NCBI GenBank assembly: GCA_951406725.2
Contig: OX597815.1
Coordinates: forward strand, 4,402,001-4,466,000
Source of the DNA: Octopus vulgaris
Lineage: Eukaryota
Direction of reading: 5' to 3'
DNA length: 64,000 nucleotides
A model generated the notes under the pieces. The model did no database searches, was not told where the DNA came from, and worked only from the letters and a program-made list of their open reading frames with translations. Shown in pieces: positions 1 through 12,804 of this stretch (position 1 is the stretch's first letter; every line of letters begins with the position of its first letter). A program made the translations under genes and the position numbers.

Positions 1-6
1 TATATA

Positions 7-617
7 CTAGCAGCTAAGCCCGGTCTCACCCGGTCTGTTTGGATGATGTGGCTGTGATCATTTTCGGTTAGGCATAATCTATAACAGTGTTACTCAACCT
101 TATCATTTTGGGTCCCCTGTTTCGATTGGAGCTTCCCCAACTGTCAGAAAACAGCTTCAGGAGTTATGAAGAAAGAATTTGTACGTAGTCTGTTTCTGAG
201 AGCTAGTCTATTGAACCTCTGTCTAATCATTAAAACATTGATTTGAAATGGATGTGTGTTTGCGTGTGTGCTTGCGCGTGTGTATGTGAGAGAGAAGAAG
301 AGAGACAGCATAGCTAAAGTTTTGGCTGACTGTCATCCTGTACTCCCCTTGTTGCTAGCGAAATGATATATGCCGTCTGTGTGAGCAACTGGTTGTTTTT
401 ATAGCGGAACAAACAGGGGAATTCCATTAGAAAAAGTTTTAATCGATTTTCTCGGTAAGTATGGGGGTTAGGAAAAAAATCCAAACTGTATTCCAATCAA
501 TTCACCTGTCTCCACACATGTGTGCCAGTCTTCACGCGAATCCACCCAGCCGTTTGGCTGTGAACCTCAAGACAAGAAAGAATACAACGATCGCCCATGT
601 CCAATTTATATTATAGA
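7..617 (-). mobile_element. Non-autonomous Helitron
   Basis: On the minus strand it starts A|TC (617-616) and ends in a GC-rich hairpin (cccggtctcacccggt) followed by CTAG|T (10-7). Insertion between A and T with no TSD fits Helitron termini. Confidence 0.7.
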
Positions 618-894
618 TAAAGTGGTTGGCTTCAGGAAGGACATCCAGTCATAGGAGCAATTCCAAAACCAACTTTGGGAGCTTGGTGCAATCCCGCCAT
701 TTTTCAGATCCTGTCAAACCATCCAACCCATGCCAGCATGGAAAACAGACATTAGATGATGATGATGAATACATCCAAAACTCAGAGTTTTATTATGGCA
801 ACCGAATAATTGTCACATATTATATTACAGATAATTTCTTCTATTTACATAATATTGAGGTCTCATTCATTCTTTTGTTGGCATACTATTACTA

Positions 895-924
<30 letters not shown>

Positions 925-932
<8 letters not shown>

Positions 933-1091
933 GCTTCTTTCAGTTTCCATCTACCAAATCCACTCACAAGGCTTTGGTCAGCCTGAGGCTATAGTAGAAG
1001 ACACTTGCCCAAGGTACCACGCAGTGGGACTGAACCCAGAACCATGTGGTTGGTAAGCAAGCTATTTACCACACAGCCACTCCTGCGCCTA
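925..1091 (-). mobile_element. tRNA-derived SINE family A, 5' half
   Basis: Reverse complement of the head taggcgcaggagtggctgtgtggtaa...ggttcagtccc (A/B-box-like) seen in the full copies. Confidence 0.8.
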
Positions 1092-1105
1092 CAAAAACAA
1101 AAATC

Positions 1106-1223
1106 TGTCAGAAGTGGGATTCGAACCCATGGCCACATTTGTGGACCAGAATACTCACAGTTCCAGTTAAGGTGCATTATATGTACCTTGAGTCTGGCGC
1201 CTTAGACTGCTCGGACATCCTGC
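1106..1223 (-). tRNA. tRNA-Leu(CAA) with 35-nt intron, probably pseudogene or variant
   Basis: Minus strand reads GCAGGATGTCCGAGCAGTCTAAGGCGCCAGACTCAAG-[intron 1186-1152]-TTCTGGTCCACAAATGTGGCCATGGGTTCGAATCCCACTTCTGACA, then T5. Anticodon CAA at 1190-1188, long variable arm. Deviates from the eukaryotic consensus at the 5' end and D-loop GG. Confidence 0.85.
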
Positions 1224-1780
1224 TTTTTTTTATTGCTTAATTACAATTATTCTAGTGACACTGGTGCCAACCTCTTCTGGCTCTGAAACCTGTCTGTGAC
1301 TAAGGCAGTCTAGCATTGTGGAAATAGGAAGAGGGAATTAAAATGGGCAAAACATGGAGTTTGGTTAATCTACAACAAACAGCTTTCTCATTTCCATATC
1401 TAAAATAAAATTAGCATGCAAATTAGGATGTCTGCATGTGGTTGATCCATTTGTTAGAAATAGCAGCCAAGTCTCTCTCAAATCACAGCTCAGCAGTGTT
1501 TATTTTTTTTTTTTTCATCTTGTCTCAATCATTAGATTGCGGCCATGCTGGGGCACTTCCTTGAAGAATTTTAGTCAAATGCTGGGGCACTTCCTTGAAG
1601 AATTTTAGTCAAATGCATCAACCCCATTATTTAATCCTGGTACTTATTCTGTTAGTCTCTTTTGCTGAACCACTAAGTTACAGAGATGTAAACACACCAG
1701 CATCAGTCATTAAGCATTGGTGAGGCCAAACACAGACATGACACACACTCATAGATACATACATATATATATATATAAAT

Positions 1781-2150
1781 TCAATAATGAAAAATTAAAT
1801 TATACCATCTAGAAAATTACATCTTATAGAAAGATTAAATAGAAGATAAAACATATAACGATGATTAAGTAATGGGCAAAATAATAAATAAAACGTATAT
1901 TATTGTTGTTATCTTTAACCTGAAGAGTGGCTATATTTATATTGAAGTGATTTTACTACTACTACTATTATTTTTACTATTATCATTTCTTAAATATAGC
2001 CACGAAACACGTGTCGTTATTCTACCAAATATATACGTTTTATTTATTATTTTGCACATTACTTAATCATCGTTATATGTTTAATCTTATAGTTAATCTT
2101 TCTATGATATGTAATTTTCTAGATGGTATAATTTAATTTTTCATTATTGA
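1781..2150 (+). mobile_element. Penelope-type pseudo-LTR fragment with 120-bp inverted arms
   Basis: 1781-1900 is an inverted copy of 2031-2150 with few mismatches, and a hammerhead lies between the arms. Confidence 0.65.
1916..2019 (+). ncRNA. Type I hammerhead ribozyme, intact core
   Basis: TAAC-CTGAAGA-GTGGCTATATTTA-[51 nt]-TAAATATAGCCAC-GAAA-CACGTG-TC-GTTA. Stem I TAAC/GTTA, perfect 13-bp stem II, palindromic stem III, GUC cleavage triplet ending at 2015. Confidence 0.85.
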
Positions 2151-2176
2151 CTTGATAAAAAGTAGGTTTTTTTCTA

Positions 2177-2217
<41 letters not shown>

Positions 2218-3259
2218 TTTGTGAAATTTGATTTAGTATTTCTAAATTGAATTTTTCCCTGTAAGTTTGGAATAATATTCCCTCATATTATTATAATATA
2301 TATATATGTGTGTGTCTTTATGTCTGTGTTTGGTTATAGCAGAAAACACTTGGGGTGTCTTCAGCTATAGCAGAAGACGCAGGGTGTAATGCAGTGAGAT
2401 TGAACTCGGAACTGTGGGCTTGGGAAGCAAACATCTTGAGCTTACAGCTGTGCCTGTGTGGAAATCCTTGATTTATTTACAAGACTCAAACACGGCACCT
2501 TAAGGAGCCAAGTCTAGCAGTCTCACCACTGAGCTTCAGTGATGATATTCATGAATATATATTAAGGTTTTTCCCTATCAAATCAAAAAATCTTGTATGT
2601 TTCTTTTAAAAAAATAAAATAAAGAGAAAAATCTCCAGATAAGCAATGTCAATATATAAAAAAAGTCCTTCCACATAAAATTCTTGTGTAATTTCCAGAG
2701 GATTAAAGCATAAATTGCATTGTGCATTCTTTGACAGAGAGGAAGATGTCCAGAAAGCTTTATGAATATGTTTAACTTTGGATGATTCCAACTGGCACAG
2801 TTCACTGCTAATATCCCACTTATCAGCGTTGGCTCCTGGCTGCATTCTAATTTGCTCGACAGACGGAAATATAAGGTTTTATGTTTTAAAGACGGAGACT
2901 TGTCATTTTTGTTGCAAGCTTAAGTATGGGATTGGCATGGGAATAATTAAATGGTAAAGAAAAAAAAGTTGAAGCGTAAACAGAACTGGGAGAATATCGG
3001 TAATGGAGATAGAGCAAAGAAGCAAATCAAACTATATGTACACGCACGGACACATGCACACATATGTATTTATCATTCATTCACACACACACACACTTGC
3101 ACATATATAAAAGGCAATCTTTATATCACATTTAAAGTGGACATATTCTCAGAATGCCAAACGCTGCGGCATTCGTCTTCAGGGGGTCCTCTCACATAGA
3201 CACATGCTCTTTAAATGGACTTGCATATCCTGCTACAATATCTTATTTCAGATTTTGCT

Positions 3260-3861
3260 TCCACGTCTGGTGGCCTATGCCAGGTGTGTAACCAGCCCAC
3301 CTATGTAATGCATACCTTTCCCTCGTCGGAAACTAAATTCTGCTTGTGAGGACCTGTTCAGGCAAGTGAAATCGAAATTGAAATGAATTTCGATGACTGG
3401 CATCCGTTGCTAGTGGAGTGATAAGAGAACCATCTGAGCGTGATCGTTGCCAGAGCAACGAACTGGCATCCATGCTGGTGGCACGTAAAAAGCACCATTC
3501 GAGCGTGATTGTTACCCGCGTCGCCTTACTGGCACTTGTGCTGGAGGCACATGAAAAAACATTCGAGCGAGGTCGTTACCAATGCCGCTGGACTGGCTCC
3601 TGTGCAGGTAGCACATAAAGAGCACCATTTGAGCATGGCTGTTGCCAGTACAGCCTGACTGGCCCTCGTGCCAGTGGCACATAAAATCACCCACTACACT
3701 CTCGAAGTGGTTGGCATTAGGAAGGGCAACCAGCTGTAGAAACTCTGCCAGATCAAGATTGGAGCCTGGTGCAGCCTCCTGGCTTCCCAGACCCTGGTTG
3801 AACCGTCCAACCCATGCTAGCATGGAAAGCGGACATTAAACAATGATGATGATGATGATGA
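3260..3861 (+). mobile_element. RTE LINE 3'-UTR fragment (representative of about 30 copies)
   Basis: Matches the 3' UTR of the RTE at 62184-62795 and ends ccaacccatgctagcatggaaagcggacattaaa(c)aat(gat)n. Other copies include 620-770, 4689-4915, 8925-9201, 9858-10140, 12955-13736 (three), 18255-18540, 19233-19600, 23900-24640 (two), 28600-29104, 29915-30096, 37266-37524, 38490-38737, 38944-39283, 43144-43500, 45470-46058 (two), 48065-48700 (two), 51731-51915, 54752-54990 and 62893-63125. Confidence 0.8.
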
Positions 3862-4104
3862 CTACTGTTTCAGCTACAGGAGTGAGGTCATCAGCCTAGA
3901 CGAGTTTCCATGGGCAACCTGTCTTAAATTCCTCTCTTATGACTGGGTGGACTGATATCTGAACCTCAATGAACACCTACCTGCATACTAATATTCAAAT
4001 AAACAATCATTGAAACCTCAAAGCTGTAAGATAATGCATGATTAATTAAAAACAATTTTAGTGAAAAATTATTACATTTAACAGAGTAATCTGAACACTA
4101 AAGG

Positions 4105-4315
4105 CGGGGCGAGCTGGCAGAAACGTCAGCATGCCGGGCGAAATGCTTAGCGATATTTTGTCTGTCTTTACGTTCTGAGTTCAAATTCCGCCGAGGTTGA
4201 CTTCGCCTTTCATCATTTCGGGGTCGATAAATTAAGTACCAGTTGCGTACTAGGGTCAATCTAATCGACTGGCCCCTTACCCAACATTTCGGGCCTTGTG
4301 TCTAGAGAAGAAAAG
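4105..4315 (+). mobile_element. tRNA-like SINE family B with 17-bp TSD
   Basis: Head gagctggcagaaacg...gagttcaaattcc. Flanked by aatctgaacactaaagg at 4088-4104 and 4316-4332. Related copies at 11093-11325, 20486-20870 and 40030-40240. Confidence 0.8.
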
Positions 4316-4474
4316 AATCTGAACACTAAAGGGTTAATCTCCAAGGGATGCTGGTATAACCTGCAAAAAGAAAACAGAAAATTTAAAAGATTGAAGACAA
4401 ACAAGTTGTGACTTTTTCAAACTCTTCAGATTTTCAGTAGCCACCCTGCATGTGTACACCCACACACACACACA

Positions 4475-4507
<33 letters not shown>

Positions 4508-5629
4508 TGCATACTCATGCTTGCATGACATCTACAACTATCATTTACCCTTATCATGCAACCATGCAATTTCCAGGCAAGGAAACACACACACACACAC
4601 ACACATTATGTAGGTAGGGTTAAAATCTAAACTACATCCTCTTCAAGCATATATGTGAGTGTGTATGTATATATATATATATATCTCTCATCATCATCAT
4701 CGTTTAGCGTCCGCTTTCCATGCTAGCATGGGTTGGACAGTTCAACTGGGGTCTTGTGAGCCAGAAGGCTGCATCAGGCCCAGTCTGATCTGGCAGTGTT
4801 TCTACAGCTGGATGCCCTTCCTAATGCCAACAACTCCGAGAGTGTAGTGGGTGCTTTTTACGTGCCACCGGTACAGGGGCCAGGCAACGGCCACGAACGG
4901 ATGGTGCTTTTTACGTGTATATATATATATATATATATATATGGGCGCAGGAGTGGCTGTGTGGTAAGAAGCTTGCTTCCCAACCACATGGTTCCAGGTT
5001 CAGTCCCACTGTGTGGCACTTTAGACAAGTGTCTTCCACTGTAGTCTCGGGCTGACCCCAATGTCTTGATTGCTTTAAATAATATATGAAATCTGTAGGT
5101 AATGTGTGTATTTCTGTAAAAACCTGGTCATGGAGGGGTCAGAGTGAGATGACAGTTGCTGTTCAACATGAAGGACCATAACAAGAAACCTATGATGCCA
5201 TCTCGAAAAGGGTATGGAAGACCAAACTGACACCTTTCATTAAAAGTGGACTCCTGACTCCAAGACACCAAAGTAGACATGTTAAAGCATTGCCCCTCTA
5301 TCAGCGATCAATGAAGTATCAATGACACTCGCTCCTGTTTCTTAATGAATTGTTATATAACTTAACGAGAGAGTAAGTAATTTAGTGAGCTGGAGCTGAT
5401 GACAGAGGTGATAAGGTCATGGTGATGACAATGGCCTTTGTCGAGATTACGATGCGGGGAGGGCAGAGGGTGATGACAACAATGCTGCCAGTGATGACGC
5501 TGACGGGGAAAGAAAGAAAAAGGGGAACAGCGGCAATATTTAAGATGATTATGAAGGGGACAAAAGCGATATTCTTCTCAATGGTGGTGCTGAATAATAA
5601 TGTGACAATAATAGTTGCCGCTGCTGCTC

Positions 5630-5666
<37 letters not shown>

Positions 5667-6028
5667 GCAAGAAGTTGATGACGATGATGATGATGATGTC
5701 CAGGAACAATAACTCAAAAACAGCCATCACATTAAGAAAGATTTATGGACGTATCATTCATTTCCGGATCAACATCCGTGAACAGATTGGTAATTTGTTG
5801 CAGTGTTACACATGCATATATATATATATATACACATGCATGTGCACATATACATACATGCAAATATAAATCACACATACAAGATCACATATATGCAGTT
5901 ATACACACAAGCATATGCATACATCAACATACATACATATATATACTCACACACACACACATATATAGGCTGGTCCATATACATTGTAAGGCACAGATGT
6001 ATATACACACAAGCATATGCATACATCA

Positions 6029-6063
<35 letters not shown>

Positions 6064-6242
6064 TATACTCACACACACACACACATATATATATATATAG
6101 GCTGGTTCATATACATTGAAAGGCACAGATGTATATACACACAAGCAGCGATATATACATACAATTATACGCACAAACAAGCTTTAACCGCCTCATGCAC
6201 ACACACACAATTCACATTCATATACACAAAGACTTCAACACA

Positions 6243-6645
6243 CAGGCGCAGGAGTGGCTGTGTGGTAAGTAGCTTGCTTACCAACCACAGGGTTCCGGGT
6301 TCAGTCCCACTGCGTGGCATCTTGGGCAAGTGTCTTCAACTATAGCCCCGGGCCGACCAATGCCTTGTGAGTGGATTTGGTAGACGGAAACTGAAAGAAG
6401 CCTGTCGTATATATGTGTATATATATATCTATATATATATGTGTGTGTGTTTGTGTTTGTCCCCCTAGCATTGCTTGACAACCGGTGCTGGTGTGTTTAC
6501 GTCCCCGTCACTTAGCGGTTCAGCAAAAAGACACTGATAGAATAAGTACTGGGGTTACAAGGAATAAGTCCCGGGGTCGATTTGCTCGACTAAAGGCGGT
6601 GCTCCAGCATGGCCGCAGTCAAATGACTGAAACAAGTAAAAGTGT
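6243..6645 (+). mobile_element. tRNA-derived SINE family A, full length (about 400 bp)
   Basis: Head aggcgcaggagtggctgtgtggtaag, internal (TA)n(TG)n spacer, tail gcatggccgcagtcaaatgactgaaacaagtaaaag. Near-identical to 10241-10650 and 46529-46908. Confidence 0.85.
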
Positions 6646-6939
6646 AAAGTGTATATACACATATACAGTACTGTATATTTCTGCAAACACCTACACACAC
6701 GTTCAGAGAGACAGGGATAATTATATCTATACACGTAAACACACACACACACACACACAGGTGCAAATGTGGCTGTGTGGTTAATAAGTCTGCTTCCCAA
6801 ACACATGGTTTTCAGTTCAGTCCCACTGCATGGCACCGTGGCTTAAGTGTCTTCTGCTATAGCCTCGGGCCGACCAAAGCCTTGTGAGTGGATTTGGTAC
6901 ACAGAAACTGAAAGAAGCCTGTTGTGTGTGTGTGTGTAT

Positions 6940-7151
6940 ACTCTTTTACTTGTTTCAGTCATTTGACTGCGACCATGCTGGAGCACCACCTTTAATCGAG
7001 CAACTCGACCCCGGGACTTATTCTTTTGAAAGCCCAGTACTTATGCTATCGGTCTCTTTTGCTGAACCGCTAAGTAACGGGGACGTAAACACACCAGCAT
7101 CAGTTGTCAAGCAATGCTAGGGGGACAAACACAAACACACAAACACACTCA

Positions 7152-7191
<40 letters not shown>

Positions 7192-7353
7192 TATGACGGG
7201 CTTCTTTTCAGTTTCCGTCTACCAAATCCACTCACAAGGCTTTGTTCCTCCCCGAGGCCATAGTGGAAGACACTTGCCCAAGGTGCCACACAGTGGGACT
7301 GAACTCGGAACCATGTGATTGGTAAACAAGCTACTTGCCACACAGCCACTCCT
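6940..7353 (-). mobile_element. SINE family A, full length, inverted
   Basis: Reverse complement of the tail (6940-7140) and head (7190-7353) of family A. Confidence 0.8.
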
Positions 7354-7584
7354 ATATGTATATGTATGTATTTGCGTGTCTGTGTTCCCTCCTCCCCATC
7401 GCTTGACAGCCAATGTTGGTGTGTTTACAAACCCCGTAACTTAGCAGTTCGGCAAAAGGGATTGCTAGACTAAGCACTAGGCTTACAATGAATAAATCTT
7501 GTGAGGGAATTAGCTAGACAAAATCCATAATTTCCATCACTCATGAAATTGCTTTGCTGTTTAAGCAATATTTTAAAACACTAC

Positions 7585-7915
7585 TCCACTAATCCATCGA
7601 CTATTTCAGGTGTTATGTTCCCAAACCCCTCCACGATAGGTAAAAATCCGCAAAGTAGAAAATGTACTGTATATATTTTTTTTTTTTTCATAATTTGTAT
7701 ATATTAATTTTATTTTCACGTATTTAAGCTTTTATAAACTCTCCCTAAACTCTTAGGAGTACCTGTGTCTTCTCCGTTTTTGCGGGTGAGGGACATAGCT
7801 GGAGTAAGCATCTTCCTCTGGCACTTGGGTTCACTGCCAGAAACCTTAAAAGGTGCAGAATGTTTGGGCGACATTGTAGGACTTGAAATAAATTCACAAT
7901 TTTGCACCATGCTCA
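7585..7915. mobile_element. Degenerate Tigger/pogo-like DNA transposon fragment
   Basis: aatccatcgactatttcaggtgttatgttccc...cgataggtaaaaatccgcaaagtag resembles Tigger terminal sequence. A similar relic lies near 20198-20470. Confidence 0.45.
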
Positions 7916-8848
7916 AAAGGTGTTTTATATGTGCCCCGGCACGGGAGCCAGTCAGTGGCCCTGGCAACGATCACACTCAGATGGTGCTTTTAATGTTCCA
8001 CTGGCACACGTGCCAATCAGGTGGTACCGTCATTGGCCATGCCAGAGATTTTTATTTGATTTCACTTGCCTCAATAGGTCTTTGTAAGCAAAGTTTATAT
8101 ATATATCTACATATACACGTGGCACTCCATCAGATATGACAACAAGGGTTCCAGTTGATCCGATAAACAGAACAACCTGCTCATGAACAGACACGTGGAC
8201 CCTTAATGTAGTTCTCGGGGGAGATTCAGCATGACACAGTGTGTGACAAGGCTGGCCCTTTGTAATACAGGTACAACAGAAACAGGAAGAAAGAGTGAGA
8301 GAAAGTTGTGGTGAAAGAGTACAGCAGGGTTCGCCACCACCCTGTGGCAGAGCTTCGTAGAGCTTTAAGTGGTTTCACTCAAAACACCTGGTCTGGGGAT
8401 TGAAACTGCGATCCCATGACTGTGAGTCCACTACCCTAACCACTGGGCCATTGTGCATCCACACACACATATATACAGCATTGGGCCTCACAGAGGCAAA
8501 GTGGCTGAATTCCTTTCAAGTGTTGGGCCTCACAGAGGCAATGGCCGAGACCTTTGGCATTATGTCATGCTTGAGAAGAAGAAGAAGACTCATCAAGCCA
8601 AGCAAAATCGCAGTCGTGGAAGATACCGGTGTTGTGCAAATGGCACCCGTGCAAGTGAAATGTAAAAGCACCCATTACACTCTTGGAGTGGTTGGCGTTA
8701 GGAAGGGCATCCAGCTGTAGAAACCATGCCAAATCAGAATGGAGCCTGGCACAGCCTTCCAGCTTATCAGTCCTGGTCAAATCATCCAACCCATGCCAGC
8801 ATGGACAACAGACGTTAAATGATGATGATGATCACACATACACACACG

Positions 8849-8896
<48 letters not shown>

Positions 8897-9311
8897 TGCA
8901 TATATGTATATATATATATATATATGTCACCGGCTCGACTGGCTTCCGTGCCGGTGGCACATAAAATACACCAATCCGACCGTGGCCGTTGCCAGCCTCG
9001 CCTGGCACCTGTGCAGGTGGCACGTGAAAAGCACCCACTACACTCACGGAGTGGTTGGTGTTAGGAAGGGCATCCAGCTGTAGAAACACTGCCAGATCAG
9101 ACTGGAGCCTGGTGCAGCCTTCTGGCTTCCCAGAACCTCGGTCGAACCGTCCAACCCATGCTAGCATGGAGAACGGACGTTAAACGATGATGATGATGAT
9201 GATATATATATATATAGTTAATCCAAACATGAAAACATAAAGAGAAAACACAACACAACGCAAGGACATGGAACAAGTATAGTATTATTGGAAAGGAAGG
9301 AAAGAAGGAGG

Positions 9312-9346
9312 ATTTAACATTTCGAGTAGAGCTCTTCGTCAGAAAC
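9312..9346 (-). ncRNA. Minimal hammerhead motif in a Penelope-type pLTR fragment (about 9215-9420)
   Basis: Minus strand GTTT-CTGACGA-A-GAGC-TCT-ACTC-GAAA-TGTT-AAAT. A decayed + strand copy lies at about 38290-38490. Confidence 0.6.
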
Positions 9347-10240
9347 ATAGAAAAAGGAAAGATCCAAGGAAGGGAAGACGAAGGAAAGAAAATCGCCAAC
9401 GATACACACGCAGTCACATTATACACACACATACATATACAAATATATATACAGTATATACATATGCACACATCATCATTTTTCATCTTTAGCTAAGTAT
9501 CCACTTCTCCATGCTTGCATGGGTTGGACAAGACTTTTTGGAGACAGTATACTGTGACCAAATGTCCTTCCTGGTGTCTATCTCTGTTTGCAGGAAACCT
9601 TATTCTAAATGGTTTTTGCCTGACTTGTGGAGCATAGATTGTGAGGAATACAAACAAACAAACCTCACTGCTGCCAAAGTGGTGTCAATAGAACTTGACA
9701 CACCAAACACAAACATGCATTTGGCAAACTTCTGAACAGTTTCCACCTACCAGCTTCAACTAGAAGGTATTGGTAAGCTGAAGGTTATAGTAGAAGACAA
9801 AGTGTTTCGTGGAGACAAAAGTGACACCTTTTGGGGCAATTAATGTGCCAGAGACACATCATCATCATCATCATCATGGTTTAATATCCGCTTTGCATGC
9901 TGGCATGGATTGGACAGTTTGAGGACTGGTGAGCCAGAAGGCTGCACCTGGCTCAGTCTGATCTGGCAAAGTTTCTACAGCTGGATGCCCTTCATAAGGC
10001 CAACCACTCCATGAGTGTAGTGGATGCTTTTACATGCCATCAGCAAGAGGACCAGTCAGGTGGTTCTGGCAACGACCACGCTCAAATGTTGTTTTTCTCA
10101 TGCCAGCAGCACATGTGCCGGTAAGGCGACACTGGCAACGATCCATTAATAATGATTACTGTTATTATCATTCTTTAAACTCCAGATATATGTTGACAGT
10201 GGTGTGGAGAGTCAGATTTTTAAATGTCTGAATGCATACA

Positions 10241-10404
10241 TAGGCGCAGGAGTGGCTGTGTGGTAAGTAGCTTGCTAACCAACCACATGGTTCCGGGTTC
10301 AGTCCCACTGCGTGGCACCTTGGGCAAGTGTCTTCTGCTATAGCCCCGGGCCGACCAATGCCTTGTGAGTGGATTTGGTAGATGGAAACTGAAAGAAGCC
10401 TGTC

Positions 10405-10444
<40 letters not shown>

Positions 10445-10650
10445 ATGTATGTGTTTGTGTTCCCCCTAGCATTGCTTGACAACTGATGCTGGTGTGTTTA
10501 CGTCCCCGTCACTTAGCGGTTCGGCAAAAAGAGACCGATAGAATAAGTACTGGGCTTACAAAGAATAAGTCCCGGGGTCGATTTCCTCGACTAAAGGCGG
10601 TGCTCCAGCATGGCCGCAGTCAAATGACTGAAACAAGTAAAAGAGTAAAG
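10241..10650 (+). mobile_element. SINE family A, full length
   Basis: Head-to-tail match to 6243-6645. Confidence 0.85.
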
Positions 10651-10979
10651 AGTATGTGTTATGAGAATTACATTTTAAAAAGATTTTCAGTTAAGCCCTT
10701 TAAAACTTTTTGTTTCTCTGACATTTGCAAGACAGACCTTAGCTTGATGGCACTTTTAGAAAGGTGCACACCATTGATAGAGAAGGTATTAGAGTTATTG
10801 CAGTTGTATAAAGAAGCAGAGTTCTGTGTCCTGTGAATATCTTCCTCTGCTCTCTGTAACTGCAAGACTATTTTGTCACAGGCAGGAATAAGAAGCTGGC
10901 TGACTTTCTTGGCCCTTTTCTTATTTTGATTACACTTGGTGGTGCACCTCTGTCATATAACACTATAACATACTGTAAT

Positions 10980-11625
10980 TGTGGCACTCCGTCAGTTACG
11001 ACGACGAGGGTTCCAGTTGATCCGATCAACATAACAACCTGCTCGTGAAATTAACATGCAAGTGGCTGAGCACTCCACAGACACATGTACCCATTTCTTT
11101 ACTACCCACAAGGGGCTGAACACAGAGGGGACAAACAAGGACAGACAAACGGATTAAGTCGATTACATTGACCCCAGTGAGTGACTGGTACTTAATTTAT
11201 CGAACCCGAAAGGATGAAAGGCAAAGTCGACCTCAGTGGAATTTGAACTCAGAACGTAACGGCAAACGAAATACCGCTAAGCATTTCGCCCGGCGTGCTA
11301 ACAATTCTGCCAGCTCACCGCCTTCAGCACTCCACAGACACATGTACCCTTAATGTAGATCTCAGGGGGAGGTTCAGCGTGACACGGAGTGTGACAAGGT
11401 TGGCCCCTTTGGAATACAGGTACAACAGAAACAGACAGAAAGTGTGAGAGAAAGTTGTGGTGGAAGAGTACAGCAGGGTTCGCCACTGACCCCTGCTGGA
11501 GCCTTGTGGAGCTTTTAGGTGTTTTCATTCAATAAACACTCACAATGCTCGGTCTGGGAATCGAAGCCGCGATCTTATGACTGCGAGTCCACTGCCCTAA
11601 CCACTGGGCCATTGCGCCTCCACCA
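10980..11625 (-). mobile_element. tRNA-derived SINE family C interrupted by a family B SINE
   Basis: Head ggaggcgcaatggcccagtggttagggcag...gcttcgattccc at the right end. Family B insert 11093-11325 is flanked by the 24-bp TSD agcactccacagacacatgtaccc (11069-11092, 11326-11349). Another copy at 8118-8455. Confidence 0.8.
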
Positions 11626-12151
11626 TACTGTAATACTATAACACAGACCTATTTATCATCTCTCTTACGTAACTCTCCTTGTACTTGGAGCTGGCTGTCA
11701 CCTCTGCAACAATGCAACCTGCCGTTTAGATGACAGTACTTAGAGATATCGTAGCTACCTTGTTTATATCACAATTCCAGAATAAGCAACCAGACTGGAT
11801 TCATTAAAATGTGTAGCAAATGGAAACGACAGACGGCATCTCTTAACGATGTTGCTTTTCTCCTCTCTCTCTCTTTCCTTCTCTCTCTGCTTTCATTTTC
11901 TTCTTCGCTTGCTTTCTTCTCATTCAGCCTCCTAGTATCTCACTTAATATCTTTTGCTTGTTCCAGTCGTTGGACTGTGGCCATGCTGGGGCAATGTTCT
12001 GAATAAATCAGCCTCAGTCGTTATGTTTTCAATCTGGTGCTTCTTCTGTCAATTTCTTTTGTAGAAACATTAAACCCATAGAGATGTAATCAAACCAACA
12101 CCGGTTGCCAAGTGGTGGTGGTGGCAGCAAAGATAAACACACACACACATG

Positions 12152-12804
12152 TACATTATTTACATTTGACGGATATTTGTCCTCATCATGTTTGTTGATA
12201 AAACAACATTTCGGCTGATAAACCCTCCAGTCTTCTTCAGGTGTCCTGGGGAAATTTCGAATCTGGGTTCTATGCAATTATGAAATGAATTTTAGGGCTT
12301 TAATATTTTCCCATCCTTCCTTAATACCGTTTCCCATATGCTGTTCATATCTGCTCTCGGTCTGCTTAGGTGGTTGTTGTGTCCTAGCATATGTGCTGCT
12401 TCTTTTAGTTTCCATATTTTCCAGTGGTGTTCTCTGTCTATCATTTTAACTTCATCCCACAGGGGGAGTTGGTCTCCATTTTTCCATACACTATCAGCTG
12501 TACCCGATTTATCAATATCTCCTTGTGTCACAACTTTGCAATGTTCCTCTACCCTTATTTTGAGGAGGTGGCATGCTTTGCCTTTGTATAACCTACCACA
12601 GCTGCATGGGATGGAGGACGTGCAGTCTTTGGTCATATTCTCTTCTATTGGTGGTTTCACTCGAAGGAGATATTTGCAGAGTGTTGTATTACTCTTAAAT
12701 ACCGTTCTGATGTCATATGGGCCATATATCTTTTGTATCTCTTGGGAGAGGCCTTTCACTGAAGGTAGACAGACTGCAGTCAGTTTATGGGTTTCATCCC
12801 CTCT
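12152..12804 (-). mobile_element. Penelope-like element, 3' fragment (GIY-YIG endonuclease plus hammerhead-bearing tail)
   Basis: ORF 12759-12292 reads ...VCLPSVKGLSQEIQKI..KDCTSSIPCSCGRLYKG..LKIRVEEH..SGTADSVW..WDEVKMIDREHHWKIWKLKEAAHM, typical of a PLE GIY-YIG domain with decayed motifs. A hammerhead motif follows at about 12245-12200. Confidence 0.8.

Noticed and set aside
785-900. Possible 3' half of another hammerhead (ggcaaccgaataattgtc)
   Set aside because: No CUGANGA and GAAA is broken; too decayed to call.
3418-3839. Recurrent peptides such as FLQLDALPNANHSESVVGAF and WLALGRASSCRN
   Set aside because: Translations of the non-coding RTE 3' UTR repeated across the window, not a gene family.
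5419-5712. Acidic poly-Asp ORF
   Set aside because: Driven by (GAT)n; no recognisable domain or convincing splice context.
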